Assembly: GCA_030704615.1 (NCBI GenBank)
Contig: CM060733.1
Span: forward strand, 3,782,001-3,846,000
DNA length: 64,000 nt
Direction of reading: 5' to 3'
Source of the DNA: Takakia lepidozioides
Lineage: Eukaryota > Plantae > Bryophyta
A model generated the notes under the pieces. That model did no database searches, was not told where the DNA came from, and saw nothing but the letters and a program-made list of their open reading frames with translations. The stretch's first letter is position 1, and each line of letters opens with the position of its first letter. This document shows, in pieces, positions 46,601 through 61,230 of this stretch. The translations under genes were made by a program, and so were the position numbers.

Positions 46601-49600
46601 GCCCTGTCCCCCTCCACTATTAAAGGATCCTGTAGCCAAGAGATAATTATCATCCTGTGTTCTATAAAATCTTCCAGGCTGAAAAACAAATTGGAGCAAA
46701 ATCGAGGGGCAGAAACCTCCTGAATTGTATTGTACGGTCACTTTCAAGAGCCCTCCAAGTTTCAGACATCCATGCTCATCTACCTGCACCACCAAGTAAC
46801 AATGTGCATGTCTTTACATACCACATCGGAGGCAAACCACTTCATAACATTTGGTTTGATTTTTGAATTTTTTTGGGCAAGGCATATGCCGGTTATTTTT
46901 ACTATTGATTTCATTTGGAGGTAAGCCAAATTATAAATATGTACACCCTTGACCACATAAACCAGGGACAGCATGCTGAAATAATTAAACAGGATCTCCA
47001 GTCTTCAATAACATCTAAAATACTTATTTCATAACAAACCAGTACTGATGAATCAGTGTACCTCTCTCATAGAAGTATTCTTGTCTTGGAATGTCAGTCC
47101 TTTGAGGAGCAATTTAATCTTCTGCCCCTTTTCCAAATTATTGCCAAATTCATCCTTTGCCTGCATATTGGAGCCACCCCCAATTTAGTCCCCAGACCCT
47201 CCTGCCTCCCGTCCTTGCTTTTCCTTCTTTGAACACAATAAATCCATCTCTCTCCTTTTATTGTTTCTTCTCAGGTAGGGGGGTTTCTTCTGCCTCTCTT
47301 CTTATTTTCGAGGGTGAGAAGAAATGAAATGAACGTCCGCGGAAAGCTCAAAGAGCTTATGGGACAAAATGGAAAAAAAGAAGAGAGAAGCAACCGAGAC
47401 CTGTATTACACGTGGACAAGTTACACCACACCCAACAGGTGGAGAAACAGACCAGGCTAGGAACCATACAGACACTAGAAAAAGTGTAGCTTAACCACAG
47501 AAAGAAACGAAAGGTCCATTCTAAAGTCCTAAAACCGCCGAAAGCTCAAAGAGCTTATGGCACAAGAAATGAAATGAAATGAATGGTACTTTATAAGCCA
47601 AGAAGCAAGAAATGAAATGATACTTTATAACACCCGCGGAAAGAAAGAGGCCCCCACAAAGAAAAGAAAAGAAATGAAGCAACACTTTGAACAAAATAGC
47701 AGGACTATTAACTAAGTGTAGCTGACCTATCCCAAAATAGCATCATTTTTCATTCTGGAGTAAGAAGAAACTTTTATGATGTCCAGAGAGGACCCAGGGG
47801 GCTGATGGGACAAAGTAGAGCAGCAAGAAGCTGCTTCAGAACACATCCAACCACACCTGAACACACAAAGTGACTCATGCAGGTGGGCAGCCTGGCACTT
47901 CACCTTCTTCCAAAGATGTGGTGTTCCTAACGAGACAATATCTTCCTTGGATCTTGTAGTTTGCAGGACAGGAGAAGAAATAGTGCTCTCTGTAATAGAA
48001 ATAGGGATGAGGAGCCAAACATTGCGGGTCAAAAAAGTTCCTATAGACTGATGCTTTAATTTCAGCTGACTAAAAATATTCTGAGCCATCTGTGTGCAGG
48101 TGTATGTGAAGAGGTCCTGTGTGTATGAATGTCAATATGAAAGACAAGGCTCCCAATTAATGGCAGATGTTGTAACAAAAACATAAGCCAAGAGCCCACC
48201 TGAACAGTCAATTCTTCGATGATCTCATCTGGTTGAAGAGGGTCTTCCAGGAACAAAGGGAACCCTGACTTTAATGGCTGGCTGGCCTTTACAGAAAGTG
48301 ATGCCAGCTTTCCAGGATAAACTGTACAACAAAAGAACCAAGACAAAGATACAACTTTAGAGAAAGCATCCTGCTGGTGATTAAAGTACCACAATAATAT
48401 ATCAAGGCAGGGGATAGGCACATGTGAAGACACATGATTACAACAAAAGCAGAAATGCTGGTTGTTGAGACATGACATCATTTGGGGTTCATCTAGCACT
48501 CAGGGAGCTGAGAGTAAAATAACAGGATCGAGTTGGGTAACTAAGTATGTCACCTCGGCATTTAATCTCAGCAAACTGCTCCATCCGGGTGGAGGATGGA
48601 TCTCGGGACGTGCCAACATTGCTCTTCCCCTCTGTGATAAGGAAGCGCAAGCAGGCCTCATGGTTTGGTGTAATGGGGCTAAGATCACCCTCAGTGAACA
48701 GAATCTTGTGCTGCAAGAACATAATCACAATAAAGCACAGGGAACCAAATATCTCAATATTGGCCCTAAACATACGTTGACCTACATTTAGGCCGGAACC
48801 ACCAATACTGGAGACCCCTGAGCTAAGTGCTAAGTGCTAAGTGCTCAAGAAGTTAACACCAATGGCGGTCTCATGACAGTATAGAGAACATCATTGTCCC
48901 CACATCTTAAATGGCCCTGTGTGGACATTATGGAGTCGCTCTCTCTCTTAAAGTGATATGAAATGAAATGAAATGGTACTTTATAATTACCTTCCCTAGT
49001 ATTAGGTGCAGTTTGTCTCTTGAAAGGCTTATCTCTGTTGAGTTGATCGTACAACCCTTGAGAAAGATCTGCCCACCGGGTGACACAGCTGCTACTTCCA
49101 ATGATGGGATCCTACCAAATGATTGGGAGTTGCCAAATTTATCAAACTTGGTAAGATGTAAGACATCTGCCAATGACTCCTTCAACCTGCCACACATTCC
49201 ATCTTCTCACTGAGCTCAGTCTATTCACACAGGAATGACCGAAAGGCTGTGAGACCTGAGGACAAGCTGTTACCTCAATAATCTGATAATCCCATTCCCT
49301 ATAGAGAAATATACATCAATGTGAGGGCCTGGTAAATTCTGAGCTCACAGTTGAGATGTAAAGAAGATAGAAGGACATGATCACATCCAGGCATTCATAT
49401 ACCAGGAGAAAATAGAAGAACAATAAAACAGGAAGAAAACCATACAGAACAAAGTCTAATATCTGACAATCCAGTTTCTTCCCCACTGAGAACAGATACC
49501 GTCATATGCAACGGTCCTCTTAAAAGTCCTCTGAAGGGATAAAAAGAAAAGGGGGACTAGATATGGACTAGATAAGGTCCACAGAGGAAGAAGAGAGCCC

Positions 49601-52600
49601 TTTACCATCCACTAGAGTGACAAATCTACACCAGCGGCTAAGAACGTGTTTTAGATATAAAATAAAATGGACTGATTAAGGGACTGTAGACAGGGGAGAG
49701 CTCTGACATCCTGTTACTGGGCAGGAACTAGGGATGCATCGTCTATCATGCATGTTAAAGAAGCCTACTTCAAAGGTCAAGGGAGAAGATACCAAACACC
49801 AACAGATGAAAACCAGTACCAAGGACCCCAAAGACAGACGGAGACGAAGACCTAGTGGAGATGCAAACACTTTTAGTCTCAGGATGTGTAGCAGCACAGC
49901 TGCCAATGTGAGTGCAGATGGTCCAGGTCTTGGTGACAGAATCAGCTTCCACATTAATGCGGTGCTCTGCTGGTCTCACTGTTTTGAACCTTTCTGTCAC
50001 CTGCAAGTCTCCCAATCAAACATAATTATAAAACATCCTGTCAGAAATTCTCCACCTTCTCTAAGAAGTTCATTTACATCTCTCTACATGAGCTATACGA
50101 ACTTCCATGCACATCAAAAAGATCTTGAAGATTCTCTTGAAGATTACCTTGGCACCATAGGCTTCTTGCTTTATTGTCTCAGCAACATATGCCTAGTGTC
50201 TAAGCCATTATGCTGTCCTGTCCTGTACACCTTACCTGAGCCTGTACTGGGCATCATCTTTCTTTTGAGCTCTTTGATATCCTCCTTAGATCAATAGTTA
50301 TATTTGGGTTCCTTGTTGGGGGCACCACTTCCTGTTTAATACCTCCTCTTGTCCTCAACTGGGCTTGATGGATATCCTGGTGAACACTCATGCTTCTTTT
50401 CCTCTTAATATCCTGCTGCACAGGATGGCCCCATGCAATCTGTCTCCCACGTGGCCACCGGGGATTATAACCCCTGCCCTACATGTTTTCTCTTTTTATG
50501 TACTTGTTCAATGAGCTCCCGAGCCTCTGTGGTAATCAAATTTCCGACTGTTTGAAGAAAATCTCAATGCAATGCTATTCAGAGAATGCACAGGAATCCT
50601 GTCTGTCTTCCCCTATTGGTATGAACATCCTTGTAATCATCAACTTAGCACAACTCAGTACCAACTGGAATGTGTGGGAGAATGTTGTTGAGGGGGCACG
50701 TACCACCTCAAGTTTGAATGTGTAAATTCCTTGCTTCACCAGTTTGTTATCCAGCAGCAACTCTTTGCTCTCAAACAAGTACAATCCCTTCACCCCGTTC
50801 TTTGAGTGATCCCCCTTGACAATAGTGTCACAGAGCACATTGTCAGCACCGGAGTTGGGGACTTCTGAGCTGCTTCTGGAGGGTTGAGGATCCCTAGGTT
50901 TTCGTGCTGGAGGAAAACGTTCCATGTATGTAACCCGGAGTCGGATGTCCAAGGACTCAGCAAAGATCATACCCTGCTTGTGTGTAGAACCCATGCCCTG
51001 GCGGGGACGAATCACAGCAAGAAACTCTGATGGGAGGTTGCCGCCTGCCTTCAGCTCGTGAGGAAGTGCCTGGAACATAATATCATGCAACCCATTTGTC
51101 AGGAAGTTGGCTCTTCTGTGAACTACCTCATCATCTCCCCAAATGCACTCATTACCACTCAAGAAACCATGATGCTCCACACGAGCAGATACAAAGAGCT
51201 CCTAAACAACCACTGTCCGACTTGCTCAATTGGGCAACTAGCATATTCAATTCATTATAATGCCATACCCTGTCACATTCGAAGACTTTGCTTTCCACAT
51301 CATTCAAAATCTGAATATAAGCAGGAAATTTTTTGGCGATCTCCTCTTCTTTCTTCACCCATTCTTCATCTGACAACCGTAGGCACTGCAATGACAAGCA
51401 GCATATATCATGTGAGTATAGCACCTCCGTTCACATATCTAGCAAATGTATATGACAGTGAGCTTTGGACATGGAACATACCTTGTCAGAGTTGAGGATT
51501 GTCACTGAGAAAAATCTTGACTTGTTCAGCACAAAGGAGATAACTCCTCTTTTCGTGGTCTTGAACCTACTTCCCTCTTCCTCTGTGACTTCAATTGGCC
51601 TGTAGAGAGTATCTAAGTTGTTAACCATAACTGAAGCCTAAGACATCCTTTATAGTGGTTATTGGCAGAAGCACACAGGATATTAGATATCTATCGGCAT
51701 CAGCATAATTCCAAGTGGCTAGAATAGTTTTCCCTACTTTCTTTCACCTACGACTTGCTTAAGTGAGGATTGCCAATGAGACATGAGGTACTGGACCCTT
51801 TTGGCCCTACTAGTTAAAGGTGACAATCTTTGCAGGGAACTGAGGGTGAGTTAAGTACAGTATACACCACAAATAACTCAGAAAGGGGAAACTGTGGGGA
51901 AGCTGTGGCACACCTGCAAATAAATCTCACTTCACCTGTATGCAACCCCAGACACCCACAAACACAATGAGAAGTCCAATCATCTACGAATACATGATCA
52001 TTTTCAGTTAATCCATTGGTCCAAGCTTAATACCACATTGTCAATTGAGCTCCCGCTCGCTGGATCAACACTCACCATGCTCATCCCCTGTTCCCTGGCA
52101 ATAGAACCACTCGATTGTGGCATAAAGGTCCGACTTCATTTTGGTTCCTTGGATCGATCTTGGCAGTTTGATGCGTAGAGGCCTGGCATCACCAGCATTC
52201 CATTCACCTTTTGAATCTTGCATGTGCTTGTAGAAAACAATCGCCACTGCCACCATATACCAGCAAAGAGTGTTGCTCAGTCAGACTACTTCCTTGTATT
52301 GGCTGGCAACTCTGTTCTCTCCCTGATTTTGTTGTCATTGCCTCCTATTGTTCTAATCATCTTTGCAAGTGGAGGAGGAGCAAAGCTTTTTCATTCCTTC
52401 ATCCAACAGTCCATAGCTACAAGGCTCAGCCTAATCCGGACACAGAAGCTGGGATCAAACTAATGGACATTTCACAAGGTAGATTAAGAAGGAGTCATTG
52501 AGGAGGTTGAAAACAAGAGATGTAGATCTTTAATCTTCAGGGTAAAAGCAGATAGAACAGTCACAACCATCACAGAGACACATCTACAGGGTATATAAGC

Positions 52601-55600
52601 TGGTTTTAGAATCCAGACATTTGCCTCTGTTTCAAACATGAGTTGCAAGCGGGTTTATTGGAAAGTAGATATACAATGGGTGAGGTCCTGGTTGAGGCCA
52701 AGTTCTTCCATGTTGCTGTGTTCGAAAAGAAAGGTTGGACTATCCAAAAACTGCACTTCTTGATCATACTGCTCATGCACATTTTGCAACCACTTCATGT
52801 ACTCGTCAAGAAGTTGTGTGAGGGTGATGTCTTTCCCTTTCAACTTCATCATGCACATGACCCCTGTAAACACCCAAACTTTCTTTGACTTTTCCCCATT
52901 GTGTCTGAAGATAACTAATTACCAGTGTACAAACTTAGGAAGATACCACTACCTGACATGACAACCTATGTCAATTTCTATCCCACTAAATCTTCAACTT
53001 TTTGACATAGTGATCAGGCTCTGGAAAGTATTGACCACACCTTTGCCCAGCAATCGGGAAAAAATTGACAACTCTAAACAGTATAACAGCAGCTGATCAT
53101 TTCACAAAATAATCAAAGACACTCCTCAGCATTTCAAAGCAACTGAAGTGCACACCATTACAACTCTAGGAGATAATTTACCAGCAGCAGATGACTTCTC
53201 TATCTCGTCCAAAGGCCCTCCTAAGTTTTCCAAAGCAACTGTAAATGGATGATCTCTTTCCAGTGATGTCTGCCGCAGGCACAAACAGCACACATACTCT
53301 TTATAGAAAGCTTGCTGGTCAAGATTATGTCTACCGTCCTAATGCCATAGCCAGAAGATAAATCATCCATCATCATAAGTGAAATATCGAAAAAGAAGAT
53401 TGCATTGAATAAGCAGCTTAAATTGCTGCATGCATAACTCGCCGGGTCACATAATCACCAACTAGGCCTTCAAACAGGCAGTATGGCAGGCTACAGGAAG
53501 GACCCTGCCAAAGCCTAATCATGTCATTTATATTGGTCCTATAATAACAACTCCAACTGCAGAATGCAGCTGCCTTGATAATGCGGTTGCAGTCTCGAGT
53601 ATCACAAGACATTGGACTACACAATAAACTAAGACCCCATGCAAAGGTAACTGTACTGTAAGTGCAGCCACTTTTGGGAGTACGCAAATGAGACAATCAA
53701 AAGAAGTAGATGAAAAAAACTTTTAATTGAGGTATAGAAGTACACCAGCATGAACACAGATACTAAAAGTAAAACAGACTAAGGTGATCGGGAAATGCCA
53801 CCCGAAGTGTTTCAGTTCATCTGATGTCATTTACACCTTCTGCCTTGGGAGATCGAGTGCTAATATTAGAGGCATATTAAGCCCTTGCAAACCCATAAAC
53901 AGGCACTAGAGTCACTCAGCATTACAAGAAACCTACCTTAGATTGTGTAGGATGGAAGCCAGCATCCACGGCTGCAATACACAAACACCCCTTTAGCGGG
54001 CAGACCACTTGTAAATTCAGTCACAGAACATTGAAGGGTTGAGATGCGAAATGATAAGAAGATGCTAGTACAGAATAGGAAACACTCGACCTACCCACTG
54101 ACACTCTGACTCGTTTGGCCCAATGTGGCTTCCATCCCTGCACTCGCCTCTTGTCAGTAACCTTCATAAAGGGGAATATTCCCTGCAACCAATTGCGCAC
54201 TCAACAAGTCAGCCAAGCTGCTATGATAGAGGGATAACAAGCTTCAAACCATATTCCTGGGAGTATGCACACAAGGCACATTTCTGCAGCAGATTCTCAA
54301 ATCAACCTCCCTCTGATAAAAAGGTCTTGGATGTTATGTATGAATGCAGTCTTCAATCAGCACAAACCATACAACCATGCTTGACAAGGAAACTTCTATT
54401 CAACCCCACTAATGTGCTTGAAGGAGGCAGAGGACAAAATGATATCATCGACCAACAGATTCAGTTGGGTGCTCCTATGCCTGTCTCTTGCAGGATGTAA
54501 GGCTAAAAAACTAGGAGACAGTGAGCACACCATCTCCAGAGAAGACTCTGGTATATGCACGAAATGCTGACCAAGAGGAGGCCACATGGCACTGGTGCAG
54601 TTGTAGGTGTGAGATCAAACAGAGTCAAGTGCCTATTTCAGGACCAAACAGATTCTCATTGGCATTCTGACACATGTGCCAGCCAAGCAGAGTGTGCATT
54701 GCCACGTCGTCAAAACTGGACTTGTTCGTTGAAGCAAGACACTTCGCAGTCCACATACCCATTTGGTCTCAGGGAGAAGGCGGCCCAGCCATCGCACTCC
54801 AACACGAGGCATGCTCTCAAAAGTTTTGTTACTTAGTCCCAACTTAGATAGCCTCTCCAGTACAGAATCAATCTCCTCTTTACCCTGTACCCATGAACCA
54901 CCAAGAAGTCAACCAACAAAATACCCTAATCTGACTTGCCCATGCACAGTAGGGCAGACACCTTCAACAAAATGATAGCCATCAAAGCTCATTAAAACAG
55001 TTTAAAATCTCTTACTAACAGTAGCCCCTATTCAGTGGCCTGCCCTAATAGCACCACTGGCAGTGATGACTTTGCTTGTTGCTTGCTCATCAAGGATACA
55101 AATAGACACATATCATTTTCAGCCCTTTTCTCACCTTAATGTTTGGGAAATATTGGCAAGTTAACTGGGCATGCGCCCTCTCTGTCGTTTGAGCCCGAGT
55201 CCTGCCTCCTGATGGGTCTGTCTCCACCAAAAATAAACGAATTCTCAACACTACATCGAAATTCCACAGGCCATGCCATACAGACAGCTTCAGTCGTTGG
55301 AAGCAGACCTTGGGAATAAATCCTTAGTGGAAAAAGGCTCCCACACGAGTAGAAATGAACTGTTTTGCAATACAACAATTTCATGGACTTGCTACTATTA
55401 CCATACTATTTAGGACTGCTACTGCTTTAACAAAATTATGCAAACATCACTTGTGAGATAGGTACACAATAGCTCAATCCAAACATGAAATATTGATGTT
55501 GGAGGAGGTAATATGAAGTAGTGCTATTGCAGCAATATACTGCTTTGGTTGGCATAACCTCTGTACCGACTGTAAATACACCCAGTCATACGGCAAGCAC

Positions 55601-58600
55601 TTTTGTACATTCAGCATTTAAGTTATAAGCCACATAGTATACAATGTTCGTGGAAATGTTTATGGAAATATTTCTGTGGGCCAACAGTGCTGAAATGAGC
55701 AGGATTAATGCAATTCTATGAGGAATGGGAATACTCTGGGAATGGGATAATGATCTCCTTTTTACGAGCTCAGCTGAAGAAACTATCTACAGAAATGTTG
55801 AGGCCAATAAGGGTGTTGGAACCCCCAAGACTGTTTCATTCTGTTGTAGCAGTGTATTGTCGGGAACAAAAGCCATTGCTTTTTGCACTGTCTTAATCAA
55901 AGGGTCCAGAAATAATGTCACAAATAACTTCCATCTCTCAATCCTCTATCAACAAACTAGCACTTGTCACTCTCCCTCTGTGATGCCCACCCATTCCTTT
56001 GCTTCGTCAAAAGAAAAGGCAGGGCTGATGAAGCTTACCATCAATTCTGTGAGCAAACTCAAGGTCTATGACAAAGTCACCCCCATGGCAGGTGTGTTGG
56101 TTCGAGATTCCAGTTTCACAATCAATAACCTCCACCAAATTTTGCCCGTTTACCTGGTTAAGAGCCAAGTTATTTCCATTTGCAATATCTTGATATGGTA
56201 GCATCGAACCTTATTTTCAGCTTGTCATCTTAAACATGCTGCAGCAAAAGATGAGACCTCCAAATCGCATACAGGAAACAGTCACTATATAATAGAAAGT
56301 CATAAGATGGTTCAAATTGCCACCTCCTACCTCAAGCTTTTCATGTTTGAGGAGTTCAGAAGGAGTAGCAACCGAGAACTAAGCCAGTCACCCCAATTGC
56401 AGGGGCTGCAACTGTGTAGATGAACTCACCTCAAACTTAATAGGGTGCCGGTTCTTTGCATTCGAAACACCAAACTCTGACTAACCCAATGCCAAGCCAA
56501 GAACAACACTCAGGAGGTAAGCAGCAGTCACATTTTGGTGAGATCTATATGTATGAACAAGTCAATAGCAACAAACCTGCCCGCGTTGGTGCATACAAGT
56601 AAAGCTTGATGCAATCCCAAAGCTTGGATGACTAAGTCAAGCTAACAGGGATGCAATCGAGGAGAGGTAACTGTTGGGATGCAAGTGACACAAACCAAGC
56701 ATCTTCATTTCAAAAGTGGGTGTTACCTGAAAAACTTGGCCGCTACCCTTTGGATGGGACTCAGGGAAGGTACCTTCTAGTGCACTCATTGATATGTATG
56801 AAGTTGGGAGGAAGACGTTTTGTCAGGGAGGGGAGGTGGGGGAAATAATTGTCAAGGGAAAGTGGTCAAGAAATTAGTTGCAATTGGTTACGTTGGGCAG
56901 TGTGAGACCGAAGCTGGCCTTGTCTCTTCACAGCATTTGATGTCTCTCTCAAATCTGTTATGATTATAAAGAAAGACAAAGCACGTATGGAAGAGGGCAT
57001 CCAGATGACTTACGTGTATATATTGAAAGTAAATATCAGCCAACAGTTGCTTGACTCGTTTTACTTTCCAATACTCTGTGCCTTCAGTACAATGGTACTG
57101 TTTCTTCAACTTTGTGATCTCAACCTATGCACATGATTTGAGGGGGCCATCACATGAAATTATTCGATGCGAACAAACACTAACCTTGAAAACAGACAGT
57201 CATATACTTGCCATTATTACAAAGAATTTTCTTTAAGAGTATCCTTTTATTGCGCATAGGTAGGTCATCCACTCTAGGCCAACTCTAGGATTTACAACTA
57301 TTTGCATGCATGCAAAGGCCAGTGCAATAATGAACTAGATCAATTTAAGAATGGAAGATCAAGAAACAGAAACACAGGTTTCGGAGGCTTGCCAAAGTGA
57401 AACTGCCATCTGGGGCCTTTTTCATTTCAGCTTCAGTCATATCTCGAAATTCTCCCTCCGTCTGTACATGGAAGTATGGGCATAATCCCGTCAAAGTGGG
57501 CCGCTTCAGAGTCAGGGCTACAGCCTTCTACAAGGTAATGAGCACTTTCGAGGGCTTTGAACTATCCCTGCTGCTGCAAAAGGGTATCAAACTTTCCCTC
57601 TCCATCCCCTAGAGAATTAAAGCCACTTAAGGGGACCCCTAACAACACCGACTGGCCTTGAGAGGAAATGAACTGAAATGAAATGGTACTTTATAACGTC
57701 TGCGGAAGCTCATAGAGCTTATGGGACAAAATGGAAAAAAACATGAGAGAGGAAACAAAACCAGAGCCAAAAATAAAACTTGGAATCAATATGCCAAGCC
57801 AGGAATGAAGATTCATCATGAAACAACTGACGGTGTGTTTGCTAGTATTCCTACACAAACCTGCAAGTCTGTGTACATTAGCCTCGGCCAATCCGGCTGG
57901 TCAGACATGCTTCCAATGTCTCGCCATGCATGTGCATTTTGCTAGTATTTCAACATAGAGTTGCAAGTCTGTGTATGTCAAGCTTGGCTGCCAGTCTGGC
58001 TGGTCATAAGTTCAGTATACAAAAGGGAGAGAATTTAGAAAATAATGCAAAATAATAACATCAGTCCACAGAAAGCCCTACCTCCCACTTTCCACCATTG
58101 CTTGGCTGTTCACTGTACCGCTTTACAAGTGTTTCTTTTTCCAGGACAAGCTTCACCACCTTCTTCGAATTTTTTGTCTTCGACCAAACGGTTACCATAC
58201 TGCCCTTTCAAACCAGGTGCCCACATAGTAAGCATCTAAAACTACAGAAGGAGGACATATGTGCATCTCAAACTTTAGATATACATGCTTCAGTATGAAT
58301 ACCAACTTCCTAGTAAGCTATCAGCTTGCAGTGGACATAAAACTGAGTAACAACAGTCTTGCAGGTGAGTATGACATTGATTCAGGGTGTTACTGTAGGT
58401 ATCAATCAGAAGAAAAGGGTAACTATCTGAAGAAGAAAACCAGTTGCCTATGGATGTCATCAATGCTGCACATTGAATTAACAATCTCTAATCTCCAAAC
58501 CACTTAACTGCAACAGTACAGTTCATCTCCAGTAAAAGTATTATATATCCAGAAACTTCCAGCAAGTACCTGCCAAGGTGGAGGGCTGCGGCAACCCCTC

Positions 58601-61230
58601 CAGCTCCATATTTTCCCAAGTACGGCTGCAGTTGACCAGCCAAAATCAGTCCCACCCCTAAACTGAGGTATCATAGGGCCTAGTGGATACAAGGGAAAAC
58701 AGGAAGACGAAAAAGAGAATGTGAAGAAAGAAAACGTACTGTATGGACAAAAGGCCTCAGAGGAACAGAGAAGGTGGGGAGGGAGGTAGTAGTACAGTAT
58801 TGTACCTTCAGATAAGGGGGCTTCCCTCCAATAGCCTGACTATGCACGTCCCGATGGGACGAACTTCCAACAGTGCCCCTGCCATTCATTGAGCCCACAG
58901 CTGATATTGAGTCTGAGAAGGACATGATTACTACATCTCTGTGCTGAACAGGAAAAACAAGGGAAATGAAATGAAATGATACATTATAACGTCCGCGGAA
59001 AGCTCAAAGAGCTTATGGGACAAAATGGAAGGGAAATGAAATGAAATGAAATGGTACTTTATGACGTCCACGGAAAGCTCAAAGAGCTTATGGGACAAAA
59101 GGGAGAAAGAAAAGGATTCCAACCAATATCCCCTATTTCTGAGTTCTATATGAAACACGAGTTGTGAAATGGATTCCTACCATCTGGCAATGGTATTTCC
59201 ATCCATGCCCAATCCAGTGTCAAAAATACACAGCTTATCTGGTAAGATCTCTACACTGCATCCACACATCCCACTCAACCACACCTGTTAGTTATCTGGT
59301 TGGATCTCTGCACTGCCTCACGTTCCACTCCACCAACACTTGTCGATACTTGCCCGATTGTGCACAACCAGGAAGGATACCATGGAGCTTTTCTGGTATG
59401 AGCGGGAGATAATTCCCACCACAAAGCAGGATGAGGCTTAAGAAGAGATAATTACTAATAACTGAGAGGATACCTGAACGCAAAACTTTTTCTGTATAAT
59501 ATTATTGAAGAGATTGTACTCCATGGAATCTCCACAATTTTCTCATACAAGCATAACTTACTTTGAAGCTCGTCCCTTCCTCAAAGCAGGATGAGCCTTA
59601 AGAAAGAGATGAAGTTACCATTAGAGATGAGACCAAGCTTGTTACTCATGATCCACAGAGACACAAGTACCTGACCAAACGCTCCTGATTGGAGACATCC
59701 CAAACTGCTTGCAAGGCATTGTCCTGAACATTTTTAAGACAAGATGATGAGACATTCCTACACAAGGTGCAGCCAAATATGAATGCTATATACGAGAGAA
59801 AATAGATACACAAACATCACCGTGTATCTACGCAGGGATGTACAAGCCAGGATTAGGGCCAGCTTACTTCAGCACATAGAATATCCAAAAGATAGGTCTA
59901 TTAACTAGCTTCGATGCAACAAAGCAATTGAAGTAAAATGGACCACTTGAGAAATAAATAGTCAGGGCAAGAGGAGAGTTTGGATTGCTCAGAGAGTGAC
60001 AAATCAGTAGTGGGAAGATTTGGGCAAAGAGATCGCACCACTTCATCTGCCAAAGCAGTTTCCATGCTGTAACCCAGTGGGAGCCTGCCCAACATCTCGG
60101 GCTGAGGAGTAACATCCCACATTCTCTGAGATAGGGACATAAAACAAAAGGCATGATTAGAGTAAGCCACGAAATAGATACATATTTTGACGCCTTCCAA
60201 AATTCAGACCTCTAAATCTCTGTATGTGTGAGGACCAATCATACATTAAAAAAATAAATTCCTCCCCCACATTCACTTCAAACTACCAAAATCTAGCTGC
60301 AAGTTCCGCCATATGTTGTCATCCAACTTCATATGTGGTCTTCAGAGGAGTACTGGGCCTGAGAGCCCTTCATATTTGAGTGGTGGCAATAAATATTTTC
60401 CAGCCCAGCTATCTGGCGATGGTGGGCTCAAAAGCAACAGTGACCCCAGTGTTTAACAAAAGGAACAGAATGAGTGCAGCATTGCGACAACATGCACCAG
60501 TGAGAGCACCAAGAGGAGAAAAGGAGGGAATGTGGCACCTGGTCTGCATGGGTAGATTCGGGATGTCCATCCTAACCCCAGCCCCAGACACAACCATTGC
60601 AGTTAAAAGACATTCCAAGGCAAGCAGACGGAAAAGCAATTCACTGCATAATTAGACCAAACTCGCTCTTCCCTCACGGAGTCTGGAATGAGCATTCACC
60701 TGCATTATCAGTTTCACCTTCTTCCCTCGTAGGGCTGAGGAAAGGGCGGTGTCATCTGTGACACGACCCCCCATCCCATCCTCTAGCCATACATTTGGCC
60801 CCCAGTCGATCGTTCTCGTCCTGGTGGAAGACGGCTCTGGCCTGTCCTCAGCCTCAACCTGTAAAGCCGAGAGAAACTTCTCCAACGAAGGAGGTTCAGC
60901 TGCGGCCAAGGTAAGTTGTACGGAACTGCTGTTAGGAAGCAGCACTAATACACATTGCCTTTGTTCCTTGCTAGGCTCCCTGTGCCGAATTTTTTTCCTA
61001 GCTTCCGTCGTATGCTGAGATGGTGGAGATGGCTGTGCGTTAAGATTCGTATCTGCATAGCTTCTGTCCGCACATCGAGAGCGCTTTTTATAAAGCTGCA
61101 AAGGACCAGGTGATGACACACCGGCCACGGGCGTTGCTTCATCCAAGCTGTCAGCAGTTTCTATCTTCGCTTGGGTGACATTATGTCCACCTGAGTTTCT
61201 TTCTTGAGGCGGCCCTGAAGAGGTTGACAT
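37640..61230 (-). CDS. GMI1: GMI1 / SMCHD1-like protein (GHKL ATPase ... SMC hinge), multi-exon
   Basis: Exon peptides in order: VLLPNSSSVQLTL (61230-60700), MWDVTPQPEMLGRLPLGYSMETALAD, DNALQAVW, IFDTGLGMDGN, AIGGKPPYLK, PYLGKYGAGGVAAALHLG, ATIEWFYCQG, VDEHGCLKLGGLLKVT, long exon ~41400-42840, VGVVAMLARV, hinge GFLGFAVNLL...LRESLFYHLLQNLQVYDTRENM...GAISLD (38225-38575). The exact exon set and 3' end are not resolved. Confidence 0.85.
39374..39798. repeat. Cluster of the short hairpin + (CATTT)n repeat, including an ~85-bp inverted pair
   Basis: Copies at 39374-39458 and 39491-39550, and an inverted copy at 39711-39798. Confidence 0.85.
43139..44672. other. 1.5 kb T/G-rich, C-depleted intronic insertion flanked by a long imperfect direct duplication
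   Basis: Flank 43057-43138 recurs at 44673-44720 minus an internal 33 bp. Sampled lines have 3-5 C versus 13-22 G per 60 nt. Confidence 0.8.
47321..47645 (-). repeat. Further copies of the hairpin + (CATTT)n short repeat
   Basis: GAAATGAAATG...CGCGGAAAGCTCAAAGAGCTTATGGGACAAAATGG and partial copies. Confidence 0.8.
57664..57750 (-). repeat. Copy of the hairpin + (CATTT)n short repeat
   Basis: Near-identical to 39374-39458. Confidence 0.85.
58962..59102 (-). repeat. Two tandem copies of the hairpin + (CATTT)n short repeat
   Basis: Head-to-tail ~70-bp units. Confidence 0.85.

Noticed and set aside
9400-61230. Functional epigenetic cluster of DNMT, SAM methyltransferase, DYW-PPR and GMI1
   Set aside because: The parts have independent origins (TE cargo, gene fragment, host genes), and nothing beyond proximity links them.
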